From sequence record NC_048046.1: a stretch of 64,000 nt of DNA. One strand, 5' to 3'. Below are positions 44,174 through 52,740 of this stretch, in pieces. The notes under the pieces are model-generated. The model made no database searches. It worked only from the letters and a program-made list of their open reading frames with translations, and had not been told where the DNA came from. The position numbers were made by a program, and so were the translations under genes. Within the stretch, counting starts at the first letter, position 1. Each line of letters begins with the position of its first letter.

Positions 44174-44364
44174 CGCAGGAGCGCCCACAAGAGCCAGCTT
44201 AACGAGGAAACCAGCGCCGCCAGCGTCCAGATGATGAACTTGATGCCGCCTCCGAAGGCGGTAAACCAAGGGTCATCATCCAAGAACGTCAGCCACGCCG
44301 CCAGACCGACGGCGATCACGGTGATGAGCAGTGGGAAGACCCACGTCTCGATATGGATATCCAT
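44170..44364 (-). CDS. small membrane protein (64 aa)
   Basis: AGGAGG RBS, two hydrophobic helices. Confidence 0.6.
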   Translation of the reverse strand: MDIHIETWVFPLLITVIAVGLAAWLTFLDDDPWFTAFGGGIKFIIWTLAALVSSLSWLLWALLR

Positions 44365-44381
44365 GACCGCCGCCTCCTGGC

Positions 44382-44819
44382 TTAGAACGGGTCTTCGCCG
44401 GCGGCCTCGACGCGGGCGCTGACCACCTTGGCGTCTTCGATCTCCAGCACGGTGCTGTACGAGCGGCTGAGGTTGTCGCGGACGACCTGCTCGGCGCGAT
44501 CCTGGGCCTCGACCAGGGTCAGGTCATGCAGCGTGAACTGCATGCTGATCTCGCCTTCCTTGGCGGCGCCTTCGGCTTCGGTGAACGGGCGGACGTAGCT
44601 GCCGACCAGGGCGCCGCCGTCGTTGCGAGTGATGACCAGCGTGCCGCCCAGGTAGTCGGCAGTCGCCGACTTGGCCTTGGTGTCGACGGCCCAGGCCGAC
44701 TGCGAGACGTGCGGCTTCTTGCTGTCGGTGGTCACGGTCGCCTTGCCGTGGATCGGAACCGGCTTGGCGACCGGGGCGGTTTCGACGGCGACTTCGGCCG
44801 ACTTGTCATTGGTGTTCAT
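44382..44819 (-). CDS. hypothetical protein (145 aa)
   Basis: AGGA RBS, strongly GC3-biased codons. Confidence 0.65.
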   Translation of the reverse strand: MNTNDKSAEVAVETAPVAKPVPIHGKATVTTDSKKPHVSQSAWAVDTKAKSATADYLGGTLVITRNDGGALVGSYVRPFTEAEGAAKEGEISMQFTLHDLTLVEAQDRAEQVVRDNLSRSYSTVLEIEDAKVVSARVEAAGEDPF

Positions 44820-44830
44820 GGAGTCCTCGC

Positions 44831-46255
44831 TTAGAGTTGAGCCGCGACGCGTTCGCGGATTTGGTTGAGGGTGTGGGCGTTGATGACCTCGACGCCGTTG
44901 TAACGCGGTTCCAGCAGGTCGGCGATGTCCTCGGCGTCGTTGACGCGGTTTGCGGTGTGGAACTCACCTTCCTCGTCACGCAGCAGTGCGAAACGACCGC
45001 GCTTCGACTGCTTGCCGGGATCGGTGATCGGGTCCTTGTAGATGTCGACGCGCTCACCGTTGATCACCATCTCCGAGGCCTTCATCGCCCAGCGATTGGT
45101 GTCGCGGTCCAGGTCAGCCGTCATCAGCCCGCCGCCGGCGGCCGTGATGATGCTGTCGGGCGCGATGCCGAGGCTGTCGGCGATCTCGAACGGCAGCATG
45201 TGCGTGCGCTCGTTCATGCCGTCGCCTTGCAGCACCTTGGCGCCGTAGCGGATGACCTCGCGGCCCTTGCTGTTACGATCGGTGCCCAGGCCGTCAGCCA
45301 GGATTTGGATCACACGCGGCAGGACGTCTTCGAGGTCGCCGGAGTCCGGACGGGCGACGAACGAGATGCCCTTGTTGATGATCTCGTCCTGGTGGTTGTT
45401 GACGGCCTTCTTGACGAACTCGAAGATGTTCCAGGTGTCGCCGACGAGGCTCAGGATCGCGCCGGGATCGGTCGCGGCGATCGAATTGGCGATGTAGTCG
45501 TCGTCGTTGTCGCGGCCGAAAGAGCACGAGATCGAGTGCTCCGACGCCATGACCGAGAAGGCAGACATCGGATGGAAGTAGTAATAGTTGGCTTCACGGA
45601 CAGCCAGCACATTGTCCGAGCCCTGGAAGTGGAACAGATGGGCGATGCCACCGAGGATCGAGTGGTCGTCACCCATGACGCCGCGCGACGAGAAGTCGAG
45701 CAGAGCGAACGGTGACATCGGATTGTCGCTGTGCTTGATCCAGTTGGTGTTGATGCGGCCGGTCATCTCGAAGATGCGGGTGGCGATCGTGCAGGCCGTC
45801 CACAGGTCGCGCAGGATCAGCGTTTCGAGATAGCTGGTCAGCCAGGGCAGGCGCGGGTCCAGGTTCTCGATCGAGAACAGGGCGTTCTTGACTGGAACCA
45901 CGAGGCCTTCGGGAACCGCCTTGATCAGCACGGGCAGCTTGCCGCCGTACTCGTTCAGGATGATTTCCCAGCCTTCGCGGTTGAAGGGCAGGCCGTGTTC
46001 GGGGACGAACTTCGCCATCTCTTCGATGTTGTCGCGCGTGATCGGTTGGCCCAGCTTCTTGTACAGCAGGCGCTGAAGGCCGGCGAACATTACGCGTTCG
46101 TAACGCCCACCACGGCTCTCGATGTAGCTGTAAACGGTCGTGGTGCCCTTGCGATACAGGCGCCAGTGGCCGAGCTTGTAGCTGTCGGTATCGGCGATCA
46201 GGTTGTAGGCGAGCGGTGGCAGGTAGCCGGGCAGATTGTCGTGGTCGATGATCAT
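44831..46255 (-). CDS. nadV: nicotinamide phosphoribosyltransferase (NAMPT)
   Basis: TDSYKLGHW, YSYIESRGG, LDFSSRG, ASEHS, SLVGDTW, RPDSGD, LQGDG, KDPITDPGKQSKRG. Confidence 0.95.
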   Translation of the reverse strand: MIIDHDNLPGYLPPLAYNLIADTDSYKLGHWRLYRKGTTTVYSYIESRGGRYERVMFAGLQRLLYKKLGQPITRDNIEEMAKFVPEHGLPFNREGWEIILNEYGGKLPVLIKAVPEGLVVPVKNALFSIENLDPRLPWLTSYLETLILRDLWTACTIATRIFEMTGRINTNWIKHSDNPMSPFALLDFSSRGVMGDDHSILGGIAHLFHFQGSDNVLAVREANYYYFHPMSAFSVMASEHSISCSFGRDNDDDYIANSIAATDPGAILSLVGDTWNIFEFVKKAVNNHQDEIINKGISFVARPDSGDLEDVLPRVIQILADGLGTDRNSKGREVIRYGAKVLQGDGMNERTHMLPFEIADSLGIAPDSIITAAGGGLMTADLDRDTNRWAMKASEMVINGERVDIYKDPITDPGKQSKRGRFALLRDEEGEFHTANRVNDAEDIADLLEPRYNGVEVINAHTLNQIRERVAAQL

Positions 46256-46264
46256 GGGAGACCC

Positions 46265-47455
46265 CTAGAAGCTGGCGTAGTGAGTGAGCATGAAGTCGAT
46301 GATGTGGGCGTGATCCTCGAAGGTCTCCTGCGGACGGATTTCCGAGGTGGCCTTCCAGTAGGAATCCTTGGCGTCGTCCATGCCCTGGACTGGCGGGAAG
46401 CCCAGGCCGACCGGCAGGTCGAACAGGAAGGCTTCGGTGATCAGGTGGCCGCGACGCGAGCGGTTCGGATCGTCGAAGCGCTCACCACGGCCCACGAGGT
46501 AGCTGATCAGCTTGCGGATCGCAGTGATCACGAAATCGGGCATCTGCGGCTGGGGCAGGTTGTGCTGCTCCGCCTTCTTGCAGGCAGCGAGCCACGTGCG
46601 GAGGAATCCGATGTTCTCCGGCGTGATGAAGAGGCCGGTTTCCTCGATCACTTCGCGGGCAGCGCCCCAAAGCGACCTCTCGCCGGCATTGAGGAAGCCG
46701 CCCGGCAGGCCACACATCCCGGTGCCTTCCGGACCGCCGCGCTCGATCATCAGGATGTGGTCGCCGTAACGCACCACACCGTCGACGGTCTGGAACGGAC
46801 CTTCACCCCACTTCTTCTTGTAGGCGATCTCGGCCGCCAACTGCTTCATCAGGTAGGCGTAGACCGGCTTGTCGCGGAACTTGCGGAGGAAATCGACCGT
46901 GGGGCGCGGGACTTCGCGCCAATCGACCTCATCGCTCCAGGAGTCGAAGTCGACGTGGCCCGAGAAGAAGGCGCGACGAATGGCGGTTGCGTTGGTACCG
47001 CTGTCGGAAACCGGGAGATAGTCGTACGCAGGGAACCACGTCAGATACTCGCTGGTCGCGTCGCGGATGTTGCCGACCAAGGCGTAGCGCGGGCGCAGAG
47101 CGCTGGACGCCGACCGCATGACCGTCTGGACCTGTTCGATCCAAGCCTTGGTGTTGTAAGGCGTATCGTCGAGCGGGGCGATGCGGATGCGATGGGCCTC
47201 GTCCGGAAAGCGCTCGGCGATGCACTGGCGCAGGACTTCCTCACGCTCTTCGAAGGTGAAGGGGTTGCGAGTATCGCGCAACACGTTGCGCGACCCGATC
47301 ATCACCTGAACGGTCTGCGCCTTCTCCAGGCCCTTCTTGATGTTGCGCAGGTGCCCGTCCTGGACGCCCTGGAGACGGCCGATGAAACCGGCGACGTCGT
47401 ATTGCAGGTCGGTGGAGCGTGGTTGAGTGAGCATTATTCGTCCGTGATTCGACAC
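46265..47455 (-). CDS. bifunctional NMN adenylyltransferase / Nudix hydrolase (NadM-Nudix)
   Basis: FIGRLQGVQDGH, RNPFTFEER, NATAIR; Nudix box GGFLNAGERSLWGAAREVIEETG, DDA. Confidence 0.9.
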   Translation of the reverse strand: MSNHGRIMLTQPRSTDLQYDVAGFIGRLQGVQDGHLRNIKKGLEKAQTVQVMIGSRNVLRDTRNPFTFEEREEVLRQCIAERFPDEAHRIRIAPLDDTPYNTKAWIEQVQTVMRSASSALRPRYALVGNIRDATSEYLTWFPAYDYLPVSDSGTNATAIRRAFFSGHVDFDSWSDEVDWREVPRPTVDFLRKFRDKPVYAYLMKQLAAEIAYKKKWGEGPFQTVDGVVRYGDHILMIERGGPEGTGMCGLPGGFLNAGERSLWGAAREVIEETGLFITPENIGFLRTWLAACKKAEQHNLPQPQMPDFVITAIRKLISYLVGRGERFDDPNRSRRGHLITEAFLFDLPVGLGFPPVQGMDDAKDSYWKATSEIRPQETFEDHAHIIDFMLTHYASF

Positions 47456-47934
47456 TTGCGGCGAGGAGGATAGAGGAGGTAGCCATTGCGGCTGCCCGAG
47501 TAGCTGTAGCCGTCGTTCCAGTTGCGAAACCCTGCCAAGGTGATCTCGACCAGGGAACCCGTTTCCTCCTCAATCAACAGCGAGCCTTCTCGCTTAATGC
47601 GGAGCACGGTCCTCAACTCGATCGCTTCACCCAGCACGGTTCCGTGGAACAGTTGCCGGCGAGCCCAAGCGACCGCAGCGCCGAAATGGGCGAAGCGACG
47701 CGTGCGTTCATAGTCTGCGATGCGCGTAACTTCCGAGGCATCCGCGATCTTGGGGTCCAGCCACTTCAGATCGAAGACAGGGCCTAGGGCCTCAGGCTTC
47801 GATTGTGCTTTCGACTTCGCCAACGCGGCGTCCCCACTGACTAGACTGGATAACTTGGAGCGGAACCTAGAGGGCTCGGCGCCGGCTGTCAACTCTCGGT
47901 CTCGCCATTTCGACCGACATGTCAAGTTGACCAA
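47434..47934 (-). CDS. hypothetical protein (up to 166 aa; start uncertain)
   Basis: ORF; a promoter motif at 47881-47897 suggests a later start. Confidence 0.45.
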   Translation of the reverse strand: MVNLTCRSKWRDRELTAGAEPSRFRSKLSSLVSGDAALAKSKAQSKPEALGPVFDLKWLDPKIADASEVTRIADYERTRRFAHFGAAVAWARRQLFHGTVLGEAIELRTVLRIKREGSLLIEEETGSLVEITLAGFRNWNDGYSYSGSRNGYLLYPPRRKCRITDE

Positions 47935-47997
47935 ACTGGCGACCGGAGGTGGGCCGGCGGCAGCCGGTCACGAGCGCCGCCGAAGGCCAGCGAGTGA

Positions 47998-48768
47998 TCA
48001 CGCGGGATCGAAAATGCGTGCCTCGAAGTTGCTCTCGATTTTCAGCCCAGCAGACATGGCGAGATCGATGATCTCCTCGCTCATGTGACGTGGGAAGTCG
48101 CGTGAGGCCTGCTTGATTTCCGCGAGGGTCGCAGGACCCACGATCTGGCGCACCTGTCGCTCCATCCGGTCGAGATTCTCGAAGGTCTCGCAGAGGCGGA
48201 CCATAGTGCGTTCCAGGACGCGTTCGGGCGAAACCCAGGATACACCATCAGGCATCATCCGGGACGAGTTCTGCCCGCTGCGCCCATAGATGATTCGTAC
48301 GTGTCGTCGCGCCTCATTGACCTGGGCGCCGAGGTCTTCGAGCGAGTGATCCTGGGCCGAGACGAGATGCCAATCGAAGATCATGTCTTCGAGACGACAG
48401 CCAAACTGCCAGAGCATCGTCATCGAGGTCAGAAGCGACTTGACGTCGGCCTCGGAGAGGAGACAGTCCGCTTGACCGAGCACCGCTTCAGCCCGCTCGA
48501 ATGCCGCTGATGCCACCGAAAGCATCCGATTGATCGGACGCTTCATAGGGTCGAGGTCGTCCCACGCCTCGTAATTGAAAGGCTTGTTTTCTTCGGATCG
48601 CAGATAGGTGTCGAACATCTGCTTCTGCTCCCGCTTCACTGCGGCATCGACGACGCCCTTGAGCATGTCTAGGCTCCCGAAGACTGACATGGCCTGGGCC
48701 GAGATGGCGGCTGCGGTTGACATAGACCCTAAGGCAGCAGCCATCTTTGCGTTTCGGGAGACTTTCAT
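47998..48768 (-). CDS. hypothetical helical protein (256 aa)
   Basis: ATGA overlap, coding composition. Confidence 0.6.
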   Translation of the reverse strand: MKVSRNAKMAAALGSMSTAAAISAQAMSVFGSLDMLKGVVDAAVKREQKQMFDTYLRSEENKPFNYEAWDDLDPMKRPINRMLSVASAAFERAEAVLGQADCLLSEADVKSLLTSMTMLWQFGCRLEDMIFDWHLVSAQDHSLEDLGAQVNEARRHVRIIYGRSGQNSSRMMPDGVSWVSPERVLERTMVRLCETFENLDRMERQVRQIVGPATLAEIKQASRDFPRHMSEEIIDLAMSAGLKIESNFEARIFDPA

Positions 48769-49025
48769 CGCACAGCGTGGAGCGGCAGGTTGTTGCTGAG
48801 CGGCAGGAAGAAGTCGACCTTAGGGCTGGCGCCGTTCGCGATCGCCGCCTTCTCCGCATCGAAGACGGAATTCAGCGCCTCTTCGCGCGTCACGAAGACG
48901 CCTGCGACGTGGCCCTTGGCGCGGATCATCTCGGCGAGCAGTTCACGCGCCATCACCAGCTTCTGATCTTCCGTCATCCCCAACAGCGTACGGATGTGAT
49001 GATCGCGGGCCGACAACTCAGACAT
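48765..49025 (-). CDS. hypothetical protein (86 aa)
   Basis: operon-packed. Confidence 0.6.
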   Translation of the reverse strand: MSELSARDHHIRTLLGMTEDQKLVMARELLAEMIRAKGHVAGVFVTREEALNSVFDAEKAAIANGASPKVDFFLPLSNNLPLHAVR

Positions 49026-49362
49026 GGTACTCTTTATCCTTGTAGATGATCAGGGCGCTGAGCGTGCTGTAGAGGCTCAGGAACTGGTCTAGACCTTCCG
49101 TCTCGGCGACCTTACACATTCCACCGAAAAACTCGTCGGGACGACGTAGTTCGGGCCACGTCTCCCAATTGATCAGGTCACTCTCGGTGACTCGCGAGGC
49201 GTCGAGGAAAATCTGGAAGATCGGGTCGGTGAACCAGCAATACGCCACCTGATCGCCCTGCTGGATCGCCAAGATATTCCCGACTCGCATGATGCGCCCA
49301 TCCTCGCGCATCATGTTGCAGCGGTACTCCGCCTCATAGGAGGTGATCGTGAGGTGACGCAC
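49018..49362 (-). CDS. hypothetical protein (114 aa)
   Basis: operon-packed. Confidence 0.55.
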   Translation of the reverse strand: MRHLTITSYEAEYRCNMMREDGRIMRVGNILAIQQGDQVAYCWFTDPIFQIFLDASRVTESDLINWETWPELRRPDEFFGGMCKVAETEGLDQFLSLYSTLSALIIYKDKEYHV

Positions 49363-49367
49363 CCGGA

Positions 49368-49859
49368 CTAGGCCTTCTTCCAGTTCAGGAGGCGGTAGAC
49401 GCTATTACGCGTACGGATGATGCCCTTCTCGTCGGGGCCGGCGAGGATGTAGCTGGTCGTGATGATCTCGCCGCGCCGGAAGCGCCCCTTGCGGTCCTCG
49501 CTCACCAGGACGCCGCGCGCGATGTTGTACTTGTCGTACTTGAAGATCGTCGCGCGATCCAGTTCGCCATCGACTTCCAGGGTCAGGTCGATCTCGTGCC
49601 GGCCCCAGAGATCGAGCGACGTATAGATCGTCGCCTTGCGGTTCAGGTTAAGGCGTTCGATGAACGACGGCCACCAGGGCTGGAGGCTATAGATGAAATA
49701 GAGGTTGTTCACCTCCGTCTCGGTCAGCGCATCACCCGGCGTGAAGTCGACGGACACGTGGTGCCACGCGATCGAGTTGTCTTCGTCCGACAGGAAGGCA
49801 CGGAAGAGCGGCCGTTGGCGATCGAACGTGGGCTTTTCCGGGCTGGTATCGTAGGCCAT
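49368..49859 (-). CDS. hypothetical protein (163 aa)
   Basis: operon-packed. Confidence 0.6.
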   Translation of the reverse strand: MAYDTSPEKPTFDRQRPLFRAFLSDEDNSIAWHHVSVDFTPGDALTETEVNNLYFIYSLQPWWPSFIERLNLNRKATIYTSLDLWGRHEIDLTLEVDGELDRATIFKYDKYNIARGVLVSEDRKGRFRRGEIITTSYILAGPDEKGIIRTRNSVYRLLNWKKA

Positions 49860-49871
49860 TTGGGTCTCGGC

Positions 49872-50114
49872 TTAAGGCTTGGGTTTGTACTCGTCCCAGA
49901 ACTGCGAGGTGTCCATGAACAGGAATCCATGAAGCACTCGCAGCCAGTCGTGGACTTCCGACGGCGGACCACCTGGAGCGACCCCGCCATAATAGGCGCA
50001 GTAGCAAGGTCCAGGGCCTGCTCCGATGCAATCCTCACAATCGTAGGACGGCCAGCCCAGCCGATCCAACCAAATGAAGACTGCCCAGAACAGGCGCGAG
50101 CGTCGGAAGCCCAT
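49872..50114 (-). CDS. hypothetical protein with CxxC...CxC (80 aa)
   Basis: CEDC and CYC motifs. Confidence 0.5.
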   Translation of the reverse strand: MGFRRSRLFWAVFIWLDRLGWPSYDCEDCIGAGPGPCYCAYYGGVAPGGPPSEVHDWLRVLHGFLFMDTSQFWDEYKPKP

Positions 50115-50120
50115 CTGACT

Positions 50121-50543
50121 TTACTCGGGCGCGGCTTCGGTGGCCGGCGCTTCCGGAGCAGCTTCAGCCGCCGGGGCGGCGCGTCCACGCGGCGCCTTCG
50201 CAGCCGGAGTGGTTTCAGCAGCCGGCTTCACTTCTTCGACGGCGCCGGCCTGAACTTCATCAGTGACGGCAATCGCCTCGAAGGCGATTTCGAACGCATC
50301 CGGCTTCACGACCGACAGGATGGCCGGCGAGAAGGTCTCGTCCAAGACCAGCCATTCACCGGCTTCAGCGTTCTGGGTCACGCCCGACTTGGTCGGCACC
50401 AGCAGGACGCCCAGACTGTCGACGACCGGCGTCGCACCCGTCGGCGTGAAGACGCGGAAATCTTGCAGCCATTGGGGCTTCTCCGAGCCCGGCTGATACT
50501 GCCACGCCTTAACGGGCGTGGACTTGCGGCGGTAATCGGTCAT
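50121..50543 (-). CDS. hypothetical protein (140 aa)
   Basis: YRRK..VKAWQ...GEWLV pattern common in phage proteins; Ala/Pro tail. Confidence 0.65.
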   Translation of the reverse strand: MTDYRRKSTPVKAWQYQPGSEKPQWLQDFRVFTPTGATPVVDSLGVLLVPTKSGVTQNAEAGEWLVLDETFSPAILSVVKPDAFEIAFEAIAVTDEVQAGAVEEVKPAAETTPAAKAPRGRAAPAAEAAPEAPATEAAPE

Positions 50544-50569
50544 GGAAACTCCGTTGTGACCTGAGTGAA

Positions 50570-51493
50570 CTAGGACGCCAGCAGCGAAGGCGACTGGATC
50601 GTTTGGGCGAAGCGTTCGATCGCGCCGGCGAGGCGGTCACGAAGTTCCTGCGGGTCGAATCGCCGGGAGGGGCCGTGCATCTCCATTAGACGCAGGGCTC
50701 CAGTGAGAAGGCGTACACGCATCGCTGCCGAGACGTAGATGCCGACGTTGTCGTCGAAGTCGATGATCTCGTCGAGATACATTGGACCCTGCGGCGAGTT
50801 GAACTCGATGCAGGCTTCGATGTTGGCGATACGGTCGGCAACCTTGACCGGCGCGGCCTTGGGCAGGATCGCGATCTTGGCGTATTGCTGCGTGTTGCGG
50901 GCCTTGCGGTTCTGCTTGACGCCGTCGATGTACATCTCGCCGGTGACGGCCCAAACCAGGGGCTCCACTTCATCACCGTAGCGGGCGCCGACCATGATGC
51001 GTCGCGTGGACATCGGTTCGTCTTGCCAGCAGTCTTCCTCGACATCGTGCAGCCAGCCGACCACGAGATAGAGCCAGTCGGCTCCGAAGTCGCGAAGCAC
51101 CTGGACGACCTTGCCCAGGTGATAGCCGTGTCGAAGCTTGCGCTCCTCATCATACCACTGCTCACCGTGGTGCATGATGGCGAAGCGCCGCGCGTCTTCG
51201 ACGATGTGGGTGCCGTCGGTGTGGTAGGTTTCCTGCTCGCCGGTGTCCGGGTCGTTGAAGTACATCAACGGCAGGCCGCTGAGCCGGATCGGATGATGCG
51301 TCTTGCCCGAGGCGATCGAGAACCACACCTCGCCAGTGCGGGCGACCTCCGCCGCCTCCTCGGGAGTGAGCTTCCAGCACGAGATGTTCTCGATGCCATT
51401 GCCGTGGACGAAGAGGGGACGCACGTAGTCCTCGGTGCCCGGCGCCGGATTGAGCACCTTGTTCCTGCCGCAGAAGTCGATGGGGTCCGCCAT
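50570..51493 (-). CDS. RelA/SpoT-type HD hydrolase (small alarmone hydrolase-like) with an extra N-terminal domain
   Basis: ARRFAIMHHGEQ, GYHL, WLHDVEED, VKVADRIANI. Confidence 0.8.
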   Translation of the reverse strand: MADPIDFCGRNKVLNPAPGTEDYVRPLFVHGNGIENISCWKLTPEEAAEVARTGEVWFSIASGKTHHPIRLSGLPLMYFNDPDTGEQETYHTDGTHIVEDARRFAIMHHGEQWYDEERKLRHGYHLGKVVQVLRDFGADWLYLVVGWLHDVEEDCWQDEPMSTRRIMVGARYGDEVEPLVWAVTGEMYIDGVKQNRKARNTQQYAKIAILPKAAPVKVADRIANIEACIEFNSPQGPMYLDEIIDFDDNVGIYVSAAMRVRLLTGALRLMEMHGPSRRFDPQELRDRLAGAIERFAQTIQSPSLLAS

Positions 51494-52044
51494 CAGAGCG
51501 CCTTTCGCATCGCCAGCACCTCATCCAGGTGCAAGGGCGTGAAGTTGGTCTGCTCGACACAGACGTTGATGTAGCGCGGGTCCGTCTTGTTCAGCAGACG
51601 CGGCCAGCGTGGGTGGGGCACCTTCTTGGCGTGGAGATGCCCGTGGACATTCCAGCCGAAACGGTCGACTTCCGACGTGTGGATCGGCACGTGCGTCAGG
51701 GCCAGACGGTGTTCCGGCATCACTCGGATACCGTAGACCTCCTTGAAATACTCCAGGTATTCCGTGGTCTTGAAGACGTCGTGATTGCCTCGGATCAGAC
51801 GCTTGCTGCCGTTCAGACGGCCGACCAGATGGAGGTTGCGCTTCGTGATGACGATGTCGCCCAGCAGGTACGCCTTGTCCTGGGGCTTAACCAGGGCGTT
51901 CCAGCGGGAGATGATCGCTTCGTTCATCTCGTCGGCGTTCGCGAACGGCCGCAGCGGCGTGACGCCGTCGGGCATCTTGAACTCGGTGCAGGTCTTTTCG
52001 TGACCCAGGTGCAGGTCGGACAGGAACCAGATATCAGCCGGCAT
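51493..52044 (-). CDS. calcineurin-like metallophosphoesterase
   Basis: SDLHLGH, LLGD, RGNHD, THVP, HGHLH. Confidence 0.9.
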   Translation of the reverse strand: MPADIWFLSDLHLGHEKTCTEFKMPDGVTPLRPFANADEMNEAIISRWNALVKPQDKAYLLGDIVITKRNLHLVGRLNGSKRLIRGNHDVFKTTEYLEYFKEVYGIRVMPEHRLALTHVPIHTSEVDRFGWNVHGHLHAKKVPHPRWPRLLNKTDPRYINVCVEQTNFTPLHLDEVLAMRKAL

Positions 52045-52313
52045 CAGTCACCACCCCCGCCGCCATCGCAGGAGCCCGCGTCGCCACCACCCGAGCAGGA
52101 GCCGCCCGAATGACCTCCACCGCTGGACCAGCCCCCGCCGGCGTCCGCGAACAGGAAGAAGCCGCCGCTATCTCCGGCACCGCTCCCGCCCGAGCCAACA
52201 CGACGCGCACCGCGACGATCGTGCTGATCGTCAAGCGACTGGAGCTTCGAGACACCCCAGATGAGGAACACGGCGATCAGGAGAACACCGACAATGATCA
52301 AAGGCGTAGGCAT
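52044..52313 (-). CDS. membrane-anchored Gly-rich small protein
   Basis: N-terminal TM helix, GGGS/GGD-rich tail. Confidence 0.6.
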   Translation of the reverse strand: MPTPLIIVGVLLIAVFLIWGVSKLQSLDDQHDRRGARRVGSGGSGAGDSGGFFLFADAGGGWSSGGGHSGGSCSGGGDAGSCDGGGGGD

Positions 52314-52327
52314 TCGGTCTCCTTAGG

Positions 52328-52732
52328 CTAAATCAGCCCGAACTTGATCTTCGCATCGTCCTTGCGCCGGCAGGCGTCGGGATCGAGCGCTTGGATACGG
52401 TTGAGGGTGTCGGTCAGGCAGGAGTCAACCGACAGGCCCAGGTTCTCCGCCAGGATCAGAAGGCTGATCGCCAGATCGCCCACTTCGCCCCTGGTCTCGC
52501 CAGCCTTCTTGGCTGAGACGTACGCGGCGAGCAGAACGAAGTCGGCTTCGGTCAGGCCTTGGGTCTGGCCCAACTCCATCGCTTCTTCCACGAGGCGAAG
52601 CGCCTGATAGCGGGAACCGAGGGCACGGTTCCCGTAAGTGTCGAGAGCCCACTGGTAGGCGGTCTCCTGACGCTTACGAAGCCGATCGTGAACGATCTGC
52701 GCTACACCTTCAGACATTACTTCGTCCCCCAT
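52328..52732 (-). CDS. MazG-like NTP pyrophosphohydrolase-family protein
   Basis: WALDTYG, RLVEEAMEL, GEVGDL. Confidence 0.6.
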   Translation of the reverse strand: MGDEVMSEGVAQIVHDRLRKRQETAYQWALDTYGNRALGSRYQALRLVEEAMELGQTQGLTEADFVLLAAYVSAKKAGETRGEVGDLAISLLILAENLGLSVDSCLTDTLNRIQALDPDACRRKDDAKIKFGLI

Positions 52733-52740
52733 TGCGGAGC

